The position numbers and the translations under genes were made by a program. Shown in pieces: positions 31,579-32,408 of a stretch of 32,408 nt of DNA. The notes under the pieces are model-generated. The model was not told the origin of the DNA, did not search any database, and saw only the letters and a list, made by a program, of their open reading frames with translations. Source of the stretch: Candidatus Micrarchaeales archaeon (lineage in GTDB: Archaea; Micrarchaeota; Micrarchaeia; Micrarchaeales; CABMGC01); contig JBEKPX010000002.1 in NCBI GenBank assembly GCA_049520335.1, positions 1 to 32,408 on the forward strand, read 5' to 3'. Position 1 is the first letter of the stretch. Each line of letters begins with the position of its first letter.

Positions 31579-32408
31579 ATGACAGAAAAGCCACACCTGA
31601 ACTTGATCTTTATAGGTCACGTAGACCACGGGAAGTCAACTACTGTAGGAAGGGTTATGTACGAGTGCGGAGCGGTCAGCGAGCAGGATCTCAACAAACT
31701 GAAGGAAGAAGCTGCAAAACTAGGAAAGGCAACCTTCGAGTTCGCCTTCGTAATGGATGAACTGAAGGAGGAAAGAGAAAGAGGAGTCACTATAGACATA
31801 GCCACGAAGACGTTCCAGACACCTAAGTATTACTTCACAGTCATAGATGCGCCTGGGCACAGGGACTTCGTAAAGAACATGATAACGGGAGCGAGCCAGG
31901 CAGACGCTGCTGTACTTGTCGTAGCTGCCCCCGAGGGAGTGCAGACTCAGACAAGAGAGCACGCCCAGCTAGCGAAGATTCTAGGAATAAATCAAATCAT
32001 AGTCGGGATAAACAAGATGGATGCGATAGAGTACGACAGCGTGAAGTTCGCAAACACAAAGACGCAGATATCCAATTTCCTGAAGTCAATAGGCTACGAC
32101 CTGAGCAAAATATTAATAATTCCATATTCCGCGCTTCAGGGGGACAACGTGAAGACGAAGTCGGACAAGATGTCATGGTACGCCGGTCCAACGCTGCTCG
32201 CAGCGCTTGACACGCTCACAGTACCTCAGAAGCCGACTGACAAACCACTCAGGCTTCCTATACAAGACGTCTACAGCGTATCCGGTTTCGGTACCGTACC
32301 TGTTGGAAGAGTAGAGACTGGCGTGATGAAGCCCGGTGACCAGATAATAATAATGCCTTCAGGAGTGAAGACTGAAGTGAAGAGCATAGAGATGCACCAC
32401 CAGCAGCT
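31579..32408 (+). CDS. tuf: Translation elongation factor aEF-1alpha (5' partial, runs off window)
   Basis: Not in the ORF track because no stop lies within the window. My translation starts [25 protein letters not shown]... It has G1 [10 protein letters not shown]3 DAPGHRDF and G4 NKMD, then domain II ([26 protein letters not shown]). Confidence 0.93.
   Translation, partial: MTEKPHLNLIFIGHVDHGKSTTVGRVMYECGAVSEQDLNKLKEEAAKLGKATFEFAFVMDELKEERERGVTIDIATKTFQTPKYYFTVIDAPGHRDFVKNMITGASQADAAVLVVAAPEGVQTQTREHAQLAKILGINQIIVGINKMDAIEYDSVKFANTKTQISNFLKSIGYDLSKILIIPYSALQGDNVKTKSDKMSWYAGPTLLAALDTLTVPQKPTDKPLRLPIQDVYSVSGFGTVPVGRVETGVMKPGDQIIIMPSGVKTEVKSIEMHHQQ

Overview
This is an archaeal chromosome segment. 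Archaea-specific genes show this: ribosomal proteins eS4, eL32 and eL19, stalk proteins P0/P1, Spt5, aEF-1alpha, RNase P protein Rpp29 and Trm5. Two secreted proteins carry class III (type IV pilin-like) signal peptides of the form R-x-QSAxE(Y/F)LxTYSW. I associate that form with small-genome acidophilic or DPANN/Micrarchaeota-like and Thermoplasmata-like archaea, but this lineage call is inference only.

The core content is:
- A large ribosomal-protein operon (rnp1-S17-L14-L24-S4e-L5-S14-S8-L6-L32e-L19e-L18-S5, 11458-17228, + strand), followed directly by a stand-alone 5S rRNA gene (17290-17406).
- A GGPP synthase.
- Spt5-L11 (minus strand).
- A separate L1-P0-P1 stalk operon (minus strand), which continues without a gap into TldD/PmbA.
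- The 5' part of aEF-1alpha, running off the right edge of the window.

The accessory content is:
- A left-hand, AT-richer array (about 1354-3985). Five same-strand, functionally unrelated genes are each followed by a copy of one conserved 45-65 nt element. This looks like a gene-cassette array (integron/CALIN-like), with no recombinase in the window, and is my top candidate for something new.
- A LemA-GIDE pair.
- A DUF192 protein.
- A membrane-tethered wHTH regulator.
- A small HExxH protein and a GNAT.
- Two pilin-like surface proteins. One carries a LamG domain. The other has a Ser/Thr tract and a Cys-rich tail and is followed by two tandem paralogous GT-C-like membrane proteins of about 600 aa each.

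I saw no CRISPR array, transposase, integrase or convincing tRNA. All functional calls come from motif recognition by eye; no database search was run.
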